DNA from: Polyangiales bacterium
GTDB lineage: Bacteria > Myxococcota_A > Polyangia > Polyangiales > Polyangiaceae
Assembly: GCA_038231275.1 (NCBI GenBank)
Contig: JBBRLQ010000006.1
Location: 32,001 to 96,000, forward strand
DNA: 64,000 nt
Direction of reading: 5' to 3'
Below, one piece after another: positions 1-9,403 of this stretch (position 1 is the first letter of the stretch; every line of letters starts with the position of its first letter). Under the pieces are notes generated by a model, which saw nothing but the letters and a program-made list of their open reading frames with translations, was not told the origin of the DNA and did no database searches. The position numbers and the translations under genes are program-made.

Positions 1-432
1 CGGCGGATCCCAGCCCTTGAAGACGCGATGCAGCGCGAGCCCGGCGAGGACGAGCGCGCTCGAGTCGGTGGCGACGCAGTACGGGCAGAATTGGCCGAGG
101 TTCGCCTGGACCGCGAGGAGAAACGCCGCGACGCCGGCGGCGAGCACGGCCGTGGCGAAGAACCCGACGCGCGCGAGCTTGCCGCTCCGCACGACGAAGA
201 ACGCGAGGAGCAAGAAGCCCGCGAGGCCCCACGCCGGCGTCGGAACGCCGAGGAACGCCGCGAATTTTGTCTGCCGTACCGCGCCGCAGCCGCCGTCGAG
301 GCCGCAGAAGATCGGCGCCGGCCGCAGGTAGTCGACGAGCATCGACGTGCTCGCCGCGAGCCCGATCACCACCGGCGCGAGAAGGGCGCCCCAGCGAAGC
401 AGACTCCCCGGGTCGGTCTCCGATTTCTTCAT
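1..432 (-). CDS. Vitamin K epoxide reductase (VKOR) family membrane protein, 3' end beyond window
   Basis: Manual translation from ATG 432: MKKSETD...IFCGLDGGCGAV...LGVPTPAWGLAGF...GQFCPYCVATD; loop Cys pair, CxxC and hydrophobic helices; absent from ORF track. Confidence 0.85.
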   Translation of the reverse strand, partial: MKKSETDPGSLLRWGALLAPVVIGLAASTSMLVDYLRPAPIFCGLDGGCGAVRQTKFAAFLGVPTPAWGLAGFLLLAFFVVRSGKLARVGFFATAVLAAGVAAFLLAVQANLGQFCPYCVATDSSALVLAGLALHRVFKGWDPP

Positions 433-485
433 GCGAAGCGCTTCCGTGGTTCAACCTGGGCGCCGGGTCAAGTATTCCCTCTGGC

Positions 486-2954
486 ATGTCCAAGTCCTTG
501 CCCTCACGCGCGGACGTCTTGAAGCTCCTCGGAAACGGGGACCGCGCGATCCACGCGCGCGAGATCGCGCAGCAGCTGGGGGTCGACGACGGCAAGTACC
601 AAGGGCTCCTCCGCCTCCTCGACAACCTTGTCTTCGACGGCGTGCTCACTGCGCGCGATGGGCACAAGTTCAAGCTCACGACGCGCGGCGGCGGACGACC
701 CGGCGGTGACGATCGCGGCAGCGGGCGACCCGGCAAGGACGATCGCGGCGGCGCGCGAGCCGGCAAGGACGATCGCGGCGGCGCGCGAGACAATGGCGGC
801 GGCGGACGCGAGCGACGGCAAGGCGGACGCGGAGGGGGTGACCGCGAGGAGCGCGAAGGCACCATCAACGTCAACGCGCGCGGCTTCGGTTTCGTGTCGA
901 GCCCCACCGCGTCCGGCGACGACGTGTTCATCCCCGGCGAGTCGCTGCGCGGCGCCATGCACGGCGATCGCGTCAAGATCGCGATCGTCGGACGCGGCCC
1001 GCGCGGCGCCGAAGGGCAGATCCTCGAGATCGTCTCGCGCGGCCGCCCTCGCGTCTCTGGCATCCTCCGCCGCCGCGGCAAGAGCGCGTGGCTCGAGCCC
1101 GACGACGCGCGCGTCCGCGGCCCCGTGGTCTTGACCGTCGGCATCGACGCCAAGGACGACGAGGGAAACAGCGGGAAAGACGGCGACGCCGCGATTGTGC
1201 AGATTACACGCTTCCCGGAGTCGCCCGACGAGAACCCCGAGGGGCGGCTCGAGGTCGTTCTCGGCAAGCCCGGCGAGCTGAACGTCGAGGCGCGCAAGGT
1301 CCTCGTGATGGCGCAGATCGACGAGGTGCACTCGCCGGACGCGTTCGCCGAGGCCGAGGCGTACGGCGAGACCGTCCCCGTCGACATGCTCGCCGGCCGC
1401 GAGGATCTCACGCGCCTCCCGCTCCCCACGATCGATCCCGAGGACGCGCGCGATCACGACGACGCGGTGTGGGTCGAGCGCACGGAGGGCGGCGGCTACC
1501 GCGCGTGGATCGCGATCGCCGACGTCAGCTCCTACGTGCGCCCCGGCACGCGCCTCGACGACGAGGCGAAGAAGCGCGGCTGCAGCGTCTACCTGCCCGA
1601 TCGCGCGATCCCGATGCTCCCGCGCCCCTTGTCGTCGAACCTCTGCTCGCTCCTCCCCGACGTGATCCGCCTCTGCTTGTGCGCCGACGTGACGCTCGAC
1701 GCCGGAGGACACGTCGTCGAGAGGCGCCTCGTGCGCGGCTTCATGAAGAGCCAGGCGAAGCTCACCTACGGCGGCGTCGCCCGCGCGCTCGGCCTCTCGG
1801 AGGAGCCGCCGCGCGATCCCAAGGCCGACGAGCTCGTGGAGGGTCTGAAGGTTGCGAACGAGCTCTCGCGCATCCTCCGCGCCAAGCGCATCAAGCGCGG
1901 CTCGCTCGAGTTCGATCTCCCCGAAGCCAAAATCAAGCTCGGCGAGGACGGCCAGCCCGTCGACATCACGCGTCGCGCGCAAGACCCGGGGATGAAGAAG
2001 GCGTACCAGCTCATCGAGGAGCTCATGCTCCTCGGCAACGAGACGGTCGCCGAGTGGCTCGTCGAGAAGCAGCTCCCCGGCATCTTCCGCATCCACGAGG
2101 CGCCCGACGACAAGAAGCTCGAGCGCCTCGCGTCGATGTGCGCGCACCTCGGGGTGGAGTTCGACGCCGACGGCGCGAAGGATCCGCTGACGCTCTCCGC
2201 GCTCGTCAAATCATGGGCGACGCACCCGCTCGGCAACGTCCTCAACATGCTGCTCCTCCGCTCGATGAAGCAGGCGGCCTACGACGTGCGGAACCTCGGA
2301 CACTTCGGCCTCGCGTCGAAGGCGTACCTGCACTTCACCTCGCCCATTCGCCGGTACCCCGACCTCGTCGTTCACCGCACGGTGCATCGCGCGCTCCTCG
2401 GCGAGAAGATCGACAAGAGCGTGGAGGGGAAGAAGGAGCTCGAGGACGCCGCCATCTCCGCCTCCTCCGCCGAAAGGCGCGCGATGGAGGTCGAGCGTGA
2501 GATCGTCGACCTCTACGGCGCGGTGCTGATGCGCGGAAAGATCGGGGAGACATTCGAAGGCGTGGTCACCGGCCTCGTGGGCTCCGGCGTCTTCGTGTCG
2601 CTCGACGCGCCGTTCGTGAACGTGCTGATCAAGCTCGAGGACCTCGGCGCCGGAACGTACGCGCTCGACGACGAGGGGCTCGAGGTCGTCGCCGCCACGT
2701 CGGGCGATGTCGTACGCCTCGGCGATCGGCTCACGTTGGACATCGTCGACGTCGCGATCCAGAGGAGGACCGTCTACGGGCGCCGACTTCGCGCGCTCGA
2801 AGGGGACGGCGAGGGACGACCGCCGCGCGCGCGCTTGAAGCCGCCGAAACCGCAAAAACCCCAAGAAAAAAAGCCCGGCCGACGCGACAAGCACGGAAAG
2901 AAGGCGCGCGTCGCCCAGGCGCAGAAAACCTTCAAGAAGCGGAAGAAGAGGTAA
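486..2954 (+). CDS. rnr: Ribonuclease R
   Basis: HTH N-terminus, cold-shock GFGF, RNB motif TIDPEDARDHDDA, HFTSPIRRYPD, S1 domain, Lys/Arg-rich tail; start placed at ATG 486. Confidence 0.93.
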   Translation: MSKSLPSRADVLKLLGNGDRAIHAREIAQQLGVDDGKYQGLLRLLDNLVFDGVLTARDGHKFKLTTRGGGRPGGDDRGSGRPGKDDRGGARAGKDDRGGARDNGGGGRERRQGGRGGGDREEREGTINVNARGFGFVSSPTASGDDVFIPGESLRGAMHGDRVKIAIVGRGPRGAEGQILEIVSRGRPRVSGILRRRGKSAWLEPDDARVRGPVVLTVGIDAKDDEGNSGKDGDAAIVQITRFPESPDENPEGRLEVVLGKPGELNVEARKVLVMAQIDEVHSPDAFAEAEAYGETVPVDMLAGREDLTRLPLPTIDPEDARDHDDAVWVERTEGGGYRAWIAIADVSSYVRPGTRLDDEAKKRGCSVYLPDRAIPMLPRPLSSNLCSLLPDVIRLCLCADVTLDAGGHVVERRLVRGFMKSQAKLTYGGVARALGLSEEPPRDPKADELVEGLKVANELSRILRAKRIKRGSLEFDLPEAKIKLGEDGQPVDITRRAQDPGMKKAYQLIEELMLLGNETVAEWLVEKQLPGIFRIHEAPDDKKLERLASMCAHLGVEFDADGAKDPLTLSALVKSWATHPLGNVLNMLLLRSMKQAAYDVRNLGHFGLASKAYLHFTSPIRRYPDLVVHRTVHRALLGEKIDKSVEGKKELEDAAISASSAERRAMEVEREIVDLYGAVLMRGKIGETFEGVVTGLVGSGVFVSLDAPFVNVLIKLEDLGAGTYALDDEGLEVVAATSGDVVRLGDRLTLDIVDVAIQRRTVYGRRLRALEGDGEGRPPRARLKPPKPQKPQEKKPGRRDKHGKKARVAQAQKTFKKRKKR
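708..791 (+). repeat. About 3 x 30-bp tandem repeat encoding DDRG(S/G)xRxGK inside rnr
   Basis: gacgatcgcggc at 708, 738 and 768. Confidence 0.9.
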
Positions 2955-2995
2955 GCGCCTTAAGGTCGCGGCGCGCGGGTCCGTTCCACTCCTTC

Positions 2996-3511
2996 GTGGA
3001 TTGGTCTCTCGTTCGTGAGCTCCTCGCGGAGAGCGCCCTGCAACTCTTCGACAGTTGCAACGCGCCGGTCGTCGACAACCGACCCGCCGACACTCCTCCT
3101 TCGGTCGGCAGCACGCTCGCCGTCATCGGCTTCGCCGGCAAGCAAATGAGGGGCGCGCTCGTCCTGTTCCTTTACCCCGGCGTTCTGCGCGCGTCCTACC
3201 CCACTCCTGGGGAGGTCGACGAAGAGGATCTCCTCGCGTGGGCGGGCGAGCTCTCGAACCAGCTCCTCGGGCGGTTCAAGAACAAGCTGCTCACGCGCGG
3301 CGTGACCATCGACCTCTCGACGCCCACGGCCATGTCCGGTCAAGGCCTTCGGTTCGCGACGGCGCCCCCCGCGAGCCACCTCGTCGAGCGGCGGTTCGAT
3401 TTTGGCGGGGAGCCGGTGCTGGTGCGCCTCGAAGCGCGCGCGTCCGACGGCGTCGAGCTTCGGACGCCGGGACTTCCCTCGTCCAGCGAAGGCGACATGA
3501 TCCTCTTCTGA
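2996..3511 (+). CDS. CheX-like chemotaxis phosphatase
   Basis: IGFAG...GELSNQLLGR...LSTP pattern (ExxN motif), 171 aa. Confidence 0.75.
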   Translation: MDWSLVRELLAESALQLFDSCNAPVVDNRPADTPPSVGSTLAVIGFAGKQMRGALVLFLYPGVLRASYPTPGEVDEEDLLAWAGELSNQLLGRFKNKLLTRGVTIDLSTPTAMSGQGLRFATAPPASHLVERRFDFGGEPVLVRLEARASDGVELRTPGLPSSSEGDMILF

Positions 3512-3544
3512 ACGAGTCCGTTCCAAGGGCGCCCGCCGCGTCAC

Positions 3545-4069
3545 TCACTTGGGCGCGACGGCCTCGAGATCGATCGCGAGCTCCACCTTCTCGCCGACGA
3601 GAACGCCGCCCGTCTCGAGCGCTTGGTTCCATTTGAGGCCGAAGTCGGTGCGGTTGATCGTCCCCTTCGCGTGGAAGCCCGCGCGCTCGCCGCCCCACGG
3701 GTCCTTACCGCGCCCGCCGTATTCGACGTCGAGCGTGACCTCCTTGGTAACGCCGTGCAGCGACAGATCGCCGACGAGCTTGTAATCCTCGCCGCTCTTC
3801 TCGACCTTCTTGCTCTTGAACGTCATCGTCGGGTGCGCGGCGACGTCGAAGAAGTCCGGCGACTTCAGGTGGCCGTCGCGCTTCTCTTCGTGGGTGTCGA
3901 TGCTCGCGACGTCGATCGAGACCTCCACCTTGGACTTGGTGAGATCCGCGAGATCGAGGTCGAGCGTTCCGGTCCACGACTTGAAGCGTCCGTGCACCTT
4001 GGCGAACACCATGTGGCGAACTGTGAAGCCGATGGTCGAGTGCGTCGGATCGATGTTCCACTGAGTCAT
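3545..4069 (-). CDS. YceI family lipid/polyisoprenoid-binding protein
   Basis: [45 protein letters not shown] before ATG 4069. Confidence 0.92.
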   Translation of the reverse strand: MTQWNIDPTHSTIGFTVRHMVFAKVHGRFKSWTGTLDLDLADLTKSKVEVSIDVASIDTHEEKRDGHLKSPDFFDVAAHPTMTFKSKKVEKSGEDYKLVGDLSLHGVTKEVTLDVEYGGRGKDPWGGERAGFHAKGTINRTDFGLKWNQALETGGVLVGEKVELAIDLEAVAPK

Positions 4070-4096
4070 GGTGTTGAACCCTCCGCTCTTCTCTAC

Positions 4097-4112
4097 AGCA
4101 CGGCGCGGGCCA
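4097..4112 (-). promoter_or_regulatory. Sigma54 -24/-12 promoter of the YceI gene
   Basis: Minus strand TGGCCCGCGCCGTGCT = GG-N10-GC; divergent sigma54 activator gene adjacent. Confidence 0.7.
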
Positions 4113-4161
4113 ACCGCCATTTTGCCGTTTTCATGGACAATTTCGACCGCGCTGAAACGAT

Positions 4162-4198
4162 CGCATCAAATTGACGTTACAGCGCATCATAACGACAT
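4162..4198. promoter_or_regulatory. Candidate tandem upstream activator sites
   Basis: CGCATCA-AAT-TGAC and CGCATCA-TAA-CGAC, 21 bp apart, between the activator gene and the sigma54 promoter. Confidence 0.45.
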
Positions 4199-5816
4199 GC
4201 GTGCGACGGACCTGGATCTCCGCGAGCTGCTGCGCTTCGAGCCGGAGGGAGGCGTCATGCTCTTCGGCGACGAGCGGGTGGTGCTCTTCGACCCCGTGGC
4301 CCTCGGGCTCCTGCGCCGTCTGCTCGTCGACGCGATCGGAGCGACCGGCGCGCGAGGCATGCTGACGCACCTTGGCTTCGCGCACGGGTGGCGGACCGCG
4401 GAGTCGATGAAGACCGCGTTCCCGTGGGACGACGAGCGCGAGTGGCGGATCGCCGGAGGTCGGCTCCACAAGCTGATGGGGCTCGTCGACTTCTCGCCGG
4501 TGACCACGGCCGAGGGGGAGACGGCGCCGTTCGCGGAGGCGATCTGGCGCGACTCGTACGAGGCCGAGCAGAGCCTCTCGTTCTTCGGCCGGAGCGACGA
4601 GCCGGTGTGCTGGATGCTGTGCGGCTTCGCGAGCGGGTACCTGTCCTTCACCAACGGACGATCGATCTACTGCTTCGAGTCTCGCTGCCGGGGCCAGGGA
4701 GACGTGGTGTGCCACGTCGTCGGAAAGCCGAAGGAGGAGTGGGGGCCCGAGCGCGCCGCGGAGCTCCAGTTCTTCGAGAAGAACTGCCTCGAGGGCAGCC
4801 TCGCACGCGTGACGAGCTCGCTCAAGAAGGCCGAGCGCGTCCTCCGCGAGCGAAAGCGCGCGCTCGCGAGGACCGAGCCGGCCGACGTGGATCCATCGGG
4901 GATCGTCGCGCGGAGCGAACCCATGCAGCGCGCGCTCGATCTCGCACGGCGCGTCGCGAAGGTGGACGCGACGGTGCTGGTCACCGGCGAGAGCGGCGCA
5001 GGCAAAGAGAAGCTCGCGCGCCTCATCCACGCGGAGTCGGCGCGCGCCGGGCGGCCGTTCGTCGCTCTGAACTGCGCGGCGGTGCCGGAGTCACTGCTCG
5101 AGAGCGAGCTCTTCGGTCATGCGCGCGGCGCGTTCACCGGCGCGCTCGGCGATCGCGCCGGCATCTTCGAGGCGGCCGACGGCGGGACGCTGCTACTCGA
5201 CTAGATCGGCGACGTGGCGCCGTCGATGCAAGCCAAGCTCCTGCGCGTGCTCCAAGAGCGCGAGGTCCGGCGGCTCGGCGAGAACCGGAGCCGCAAGGTC
5301 GACGTGCGGATCATCGCCGCCACCAACCGGGATCTGGCGGCCGACGTCGCTTCGGGGCGATTCCGGCAGGATCTATTCTACCGGCTGCGCGTGGTGGAGC
5401 TGCGGATTCCGGCGCTGCGCGATCGCCGCGAGGACATCTTGCCGCTCGCGCGCATGCTCCTTGGGCAGGCGGCGCAGCGCCTCGGTGTGCGCGCGTCGAC
5501 CATGACGCCTGCCGCCGCCGCGCAGGTCTCGCGCTACGGGTGGCCGGGCAACGTTCGCGAGCTGATGAACGCCATGGAGCGCGCCGCGGTGGTCGCGAAC
5601 GGCGCGCGCGTCGACCTCGAAGACTTGCCCGATGAAGTGCGCGCCGCATCGCCGCGCGGGAGCGGCGCGCCGGGCGCGGGCACCCTGGAGGACGTCGAGC
5701 GCGAGCACATCCTCGCCGTGCTCGCGCAGAACCGAGGCAACAAGGCGCGCGCGGCCGAGCAGCTCGGGATCGGGACGGCGACCCTGTTCCGCAAGCTGCG
5801 ACGATGGGCGGCGTGA
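4197..5816 (+). pseudogene. XylR/DmpR-type sigma54 activator (XylR_N, V4R, AAA+, Fis HTH) interrupted by in-frame TAG at 5202-5204
   Basis: [28 protein letters not shown] where Walker B normally has [21 protein letters not shown]; same frame on both sides of the stop; could be a sequencing error. Confidence 0.8.
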
Positions 5817-5849
5817 CGCGGGGCGCGCGCGCGAGAAGGCTAAATTTAG

Positions 5850-7016
5850 CTAGATTCCGCTCACGCGTCGTGGTGCGAGCGAGCGCTCTTTCGTTCCGTC
5901 GCCGAGCTGGCCCGCCGCGTTCGCGCCCCAGCAGTGAACGCCTCCGTCGGTCGCGAGCGCGCAGGCGTGCGAGGAGCCGATGCAGACGTCTCGCACGCCG
6001 CTGAGCCCGGCGAGGGTAGCCCGCGGCAGCTCGGTCGTCGTTCGTGTGCCGAGGCCCAGCTCTCCTTCTTCGTTGGCGCCCCAACAGCGAACGGCGCCAC
6101 CCGCGACGACGGCGCATGCTTGCCCTTCGCCCGCGGCGAGGCGCGCGGCGTGAGAGACGCCGGGAATTTCCAACGGAGTCGCGTGGACCTCGTCGTCCGG
6201 TGCCTTTCCGAGCTGCCCGTCGTCGTTGCGCCCCCAGCAGCGCACGGCGCCGTCTTTCACGATGGCGCAGAGGAAGTCGTCGCCCGTCACGAGGTGAGTG
6301 CTGCCCTGAATTTCGGGGCGAAGGAAGCTGCGCGCGGCGCCCACGGTCCACTCGAAGTCGCCCCAGCAGCGGACCGTTCCGTCGGCCTGGCGCGCGCACG
6401 CGTGGGCCGCCCCGGTGGCGAGCTCGATGGGCTTGCCGAGCTCCGCGATGTTGCGCATCGTCGCCGACCGCGCGCGATCGCTCTCCTTTCCCCAGCAGCG
6501 CGCGCCGTCCGCGCGGCGCGCGCAAGTGACGAGGCCGGCGGCGTGGATCTCGAGCGCGCCGTCGATCTGCGCGACCTGGGTCGGCGGAACGTTCAGCCGC
6601 GACTCGCCGTCGCCGAGCATGCGGCCACTCCCCCAGCACCGCACCGTGCCCGCGTCGAGTCGCGCGCACGTGAACGTCGTTCCAGAGGCGACCTCGGCTA
6701 CGCCGGTCAGCCCCGACGGTGACACGGGGACAGGACGGTCGATGGTGGTCCCGTCGCCGAGCTGGCCGTGATCGTTTCGTCCCCAACATCGCGCGGTGCC
6801 GTCGGCGAGGCGCGCGCACGTGTGGAAGTCTCCGCAGTCGATCTGCGTCGCCCCTTTTGCCGGCAGCAGCGGAGTGGATGGCGCCTCGCGACCCAGGTCG
6901 AGAGACGGCGCCGGCGCGGCGGCGCTGGCGGGTCCCTGCGCTTGCTGCGCGGGCGGTGCACACGAGAGCGAGAGCACCGCGAGGCTCACGGGCGCGACGA
7001 GGACGATGAGCCGCAT
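5850..7016 (-). CDS. RCC1-repeat lipoprotein
   Basis: Lipobox LSLSC; repeated HTCA/HACA...CWGxNxxGQLG. Confidence 0.9.
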   Translation of the reverse strand: MRLIVLVAPVSLAVLSLSCAPPAQQAQGPASAAAPAPSLDLGREAPSTPLLPAKGATQIDCGDFHTCARLADGTARCWGRNDHGQLGDGTTIDRPVPVSPSGLTGVAEVASGTTFTCARLDAGTVRCWGSGRMLGDGESRLNVPPTQVAQIDGALEIHAAGLVTCARRADGARCWGKESDRARSATMRNIAELGKPIELATGAAHACARQADGTVRCWGDFEWTVGAARSFLRPEIQGSTHLVTGDDFLCAIVKDGAVRCWGRNDDGQLGKAPDDEVHATPLEIPGVSHAARLAAGEGQACAVVAGGAVRCWGANEEGELGLGTRTTTELPRATLAGLSGVRDVCIGSSHACALATDGGVHCWGANAAGQLGDGTKERSLAPRRVSGI

Positions 7017-7149
7017 GATTGTCCCACGTTACAACGCTCGCCCCTCGGCATGCAGGTGATTGCCCCTCGTTCCTTCGGTTTGATAGAGTCGCGGCTCAAA
7101 GGCGCCCGGTTCCCGGGCCATCCGCTCACCACACGGAGAGACCACCATC

Positions 7150-7344
7150 ATGAAGACTCATTTTTCCTTGCTCGCACTTGCTCTCGCCCTCTCTGCCGCC
7201 GTCGCCGCCGTCGCGTGCGGTGGTCCGGCGACCCCGCCCGACGCGCCCGGCATGGGTGGAATGGACTCGGGCGTCAGCCCCCCGACGATGCCTGCCACCC
7301 CGACGGCCCCCGCCGCTCCGACCGCTCCCGGCCTGCCCAAGTAG
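7150..7344 (+). CDS. Small Pro/Ala-rich lipoprotein (64 aa)
   Basis: GGAGAG RBS, signal peptide ending AVAC-GG, typical GC3. Confidence 0.7.
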   Translation: MKTHFSLLALALALSAAVAAVACGGPATPPDAPGMGGMDSGVSPPTMPATPTAPAAPTAPGLPK

Positions 7345-7431
7345 CTCCGAGCGCGCCCCTCTCGGGTGGAACCGCGGCAATCCACCCGAGAGGAGGCGTC
7401 GCCACTCACCGACGAGCTACGCTTCTTTTTT
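7341..7431 (+). terminator. Long hairpin followed by a T-run (terminator or structured 3' UTR)
   Basis: Perfect 13-bp stem 7358-7370/7381-7393, outer GTAGCTC/GAGCTAC pairing, then TTCTTTTTT. Confidence 0.5.
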
Positions 7432-7482
7432 CGAGGCTTCGGCAGGTGCGCAGGGGCCCCGCGTGCGCTAGATCTCAAGGCG

Positions 7483-7878
7483 ATGAAGCGCGTCGTCGCC
7501 TCCGCCGTTTCGGCCATTTCGGTCGCGTTGGTCGCGCTCCTCGCAGGCGCGTGCGATGACGCGGGCGATCCGCGCGGCGCGCAGGTCGTGTCCGCGAGCC
7601 CGCGCTGCGGCCAGTATTCGGCGTGCGGTACGTGCACGCCCGCGCTTGGTTGCGGCTGGTGCATGACGGGCGCAGCCTCCGGCCTTTGTGTCGACGATCC
7701 GGGCGATTGCCCGACCGCGACGACGGTGGGCTGGACGTGGGACCCGGGCGGCTGCCACGCGGGCGGTCGCGACGCGTCGGTCCTCGCGGACGCGAGCATC
7801 GGCGTGGCTGATGCGGGCGCCGACGTAACCGCGACCGACGCGACCCCGCCCGCCGATGCGCGCTCCGACGTCTACTGA
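7483..7878 (+). CDS. Lipoprotein with Cys-rich PSI-like module
   Basis: LAGAC lipobox; CGQYSACGTC...GCGWC...C...C...C spacing. Confidence 0.7.
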   Translation: MKRVVASAVSAISVALVALLAGACDDAGDPRGAQVVSASPRCGQYSACGTCTPALGCGWCMTGAASGLCVDDPGDCPTATTVGWTWDPGGCHAGGRDASVLADASIGVADAGADVTATDATPPADARSDVY

Positions 7879-7941
7879 CGTTGGACGTTTTCTGCGATCC
7901 GCGTGACGTGTCACGCGTACATGCGCGTGGAGGAGAATGCG

Positions 7942-8376
7942 ATGAAGATGTTGCCTGCGCAGCGGCTGCTGGCGAAGGGAGCCGCGGTGTTGCTCGTGAT
8001 CGGGCTGGCGACGGGGATCTTCGTCTCCGCGGCGATGACCGGCAAGATCGCCGCCGATCCGGGCGCAGCGCTGGCGAGTCACCTGAACGCGCTCATGGGG
8101 TGTTTCTGGATGGCTGCCGTCGGATGGAGCATGCCGATGCTCGGCTACGGCGAACGCGGCCAGATGCGCCTCGCGTGGGTGACGCTCATCCCGAACTACT
8201 CGAACTGGATCGTCACGGTGCTCAAGTCCTTCCTCAAGGTGAAGGGCGTGGACGCGATCGGCGAGGGAAAGAACGATCTCGTCTTCGGCCTGCTCACGCT
8301 CTTCGTCGTGGTGCCGTCGATGATCGCCGCGGTGGCGTGGGTCCTCGGCTTCCATAGGCCGGCGCCGCGCGAGTAG
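7942..8376 (+). CDS. Small multi-TM membrane protein, styrene-oxide-isomerase-like
   Basis: GLATG...SHLNALMG...NYSNW pattern, about 4 hydrophobic segments; GGAGGAG RBS. Confidence 0.5.
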   Translation: MKMLPAQRLLAKGAAVLLVIGLATGIFVSAAMTGKIAADPGAALASHLNALMGCFWMAAVGWSMPMLGYGERGQMRLAWVTLIPNYSNWIVTVLKSFLKVKGVDAIGEGKNDLVFGLLTLFVVVPSMIAAVAWVLGFHRPAPRE

Positions 8377-8382
8377 TCGCCG

Positions 8383-9342
8383 TCAGAACGCGATGTCCTT
8401 GCGCGGATCATCGGTCTGGAACTGGCCGAGCTTCTCGACCAGCGACGCCACCTCCGGCGACTCGTTCGTCGGGACGTGGACGACGAGCTCGACGTAGAGA
8501 TCGCCGGGCTCGCGCCCCTTTCGTGCGACACCTTTGCCGCGCACGCGCAGGACGGCGCCGGTCTGCGTCAGCGGCGGAACCTTGAGCGTGACCGCGCCAT
8601 CGGGCGTCGGCACCTTCACCCGCGCGCCGGCGTACGCCTCGACGAGCGTGATGGGGAGCGAGAGGCGCAGATCGTCGCCGTCGCGCTTGAACCACTTATG
8701 CGGCTGCACGTGCAGGACGACGATCATGTCGCCAGGGGGGCCGCCGCCCATCGACTGCGCGCCGTGCCCGGGGATGCGGATGCGGCTCCCCTCCGACGCG
8801 CCGGGGGGAATGCGCACGCCGACCGGCTCGATCGCGCCGTTGAGGCGCAGGTCGAACGTCGCGCCGCGTACTGCGGAGACGAAGTCGATCGACATCTCGC
8901 TCTCGAGATCCGATCCCTTCACGGGCCCGCGCGCCCGTCGGCCGCGGCCGAAGAGGTCCCCGAAAAAGTCACCGCCCGCGCCGCCGGGACCGCCGTTGTA
9001 GAGGTCCTCCATGTTGACCTCGTGGACGCCGCCGCCGCGGACGCCTCCCCCGCGACGGCCGCCCGGGTTCGCGCCCGCCCACTGCTTGTACGCGCGCGCC
9101 TTGTCGGCGTCGAAGCCCTCGCGGAGGCCCTCCTCCCCGAACTCGTCGTAGAGCGTGCGCCTCTTCTCGTTGCCGAGGACGTCGAACGCATGGTTCACGG
9201 TCTTGAAGCGCGACTCGGCCTGCTTGTTCCCCGGATTCTTGTCGGGGTGCAGATCCTTCGCGAGCTTTCGGTACGCCTTCTTCAGCGTCGCCTGGTCGGC
9301 GTCTTTCGGAACGCCGAGCAAAGCGTAGAGGTCGTCGGCCAT
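8383..9342 (-). CDS. DnaJ-class chaperone (CbpA-like, no zinc finger)
   Basis: J domain with HPD, G/F-rich linker, DnaJ C-terminal domain. Confidence 0.92.
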   Translation of the reverse strand: MADDLYALLGVPKDADQATLKKAYRKLAKDLHPDKNPGNKQAESRFKTVNHAFDVLGNEKRRTLYDEFGEEGLREGFDADKARAYKQWAGANPGGRRGGGVRGGGVHEVNMEDLYNGGPGGAGGDFFGDLFGRGRRARGPVKGSDLESEMSIDFVSAVRGATFDLRLNGAIEPVGVRIPPGASEGSRIRIPGHGAQSMGGGPPGDMIVVLHVQPHKWFKRDGDDLRLSLPITLVEAYAGARVKVPTPDGAVTLKVPPLTQTGAVLRVRGKGVARKGREPGDLYVELVVHVPTNESPEVASLVEKLGQFQTDDPRKDIAF

Positions 9343-9403
9343 GGTCGCGGTGAGGAAGGTAAGGCTCGCCCGCCGGTCGCGCAACACCCGGCGCGGGCGT
9401 CGA

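Noticed and set aside
5202..5204. Genome-wide TAG recoding or pyrrolysine
   Set aside because: TAG ends many intact genes here (e.g. 7344, 23489, 52030, 62126); no pyl genes seen; Walker B needs Glu.
5839..5850. Palindrome GCTAAATTTAGC resembling the BlaI operator
   Set aside because: Spacer is shorter than in TGCTA-N6-TAGCA and it lies between convergent 3' ends, not at a promoter.
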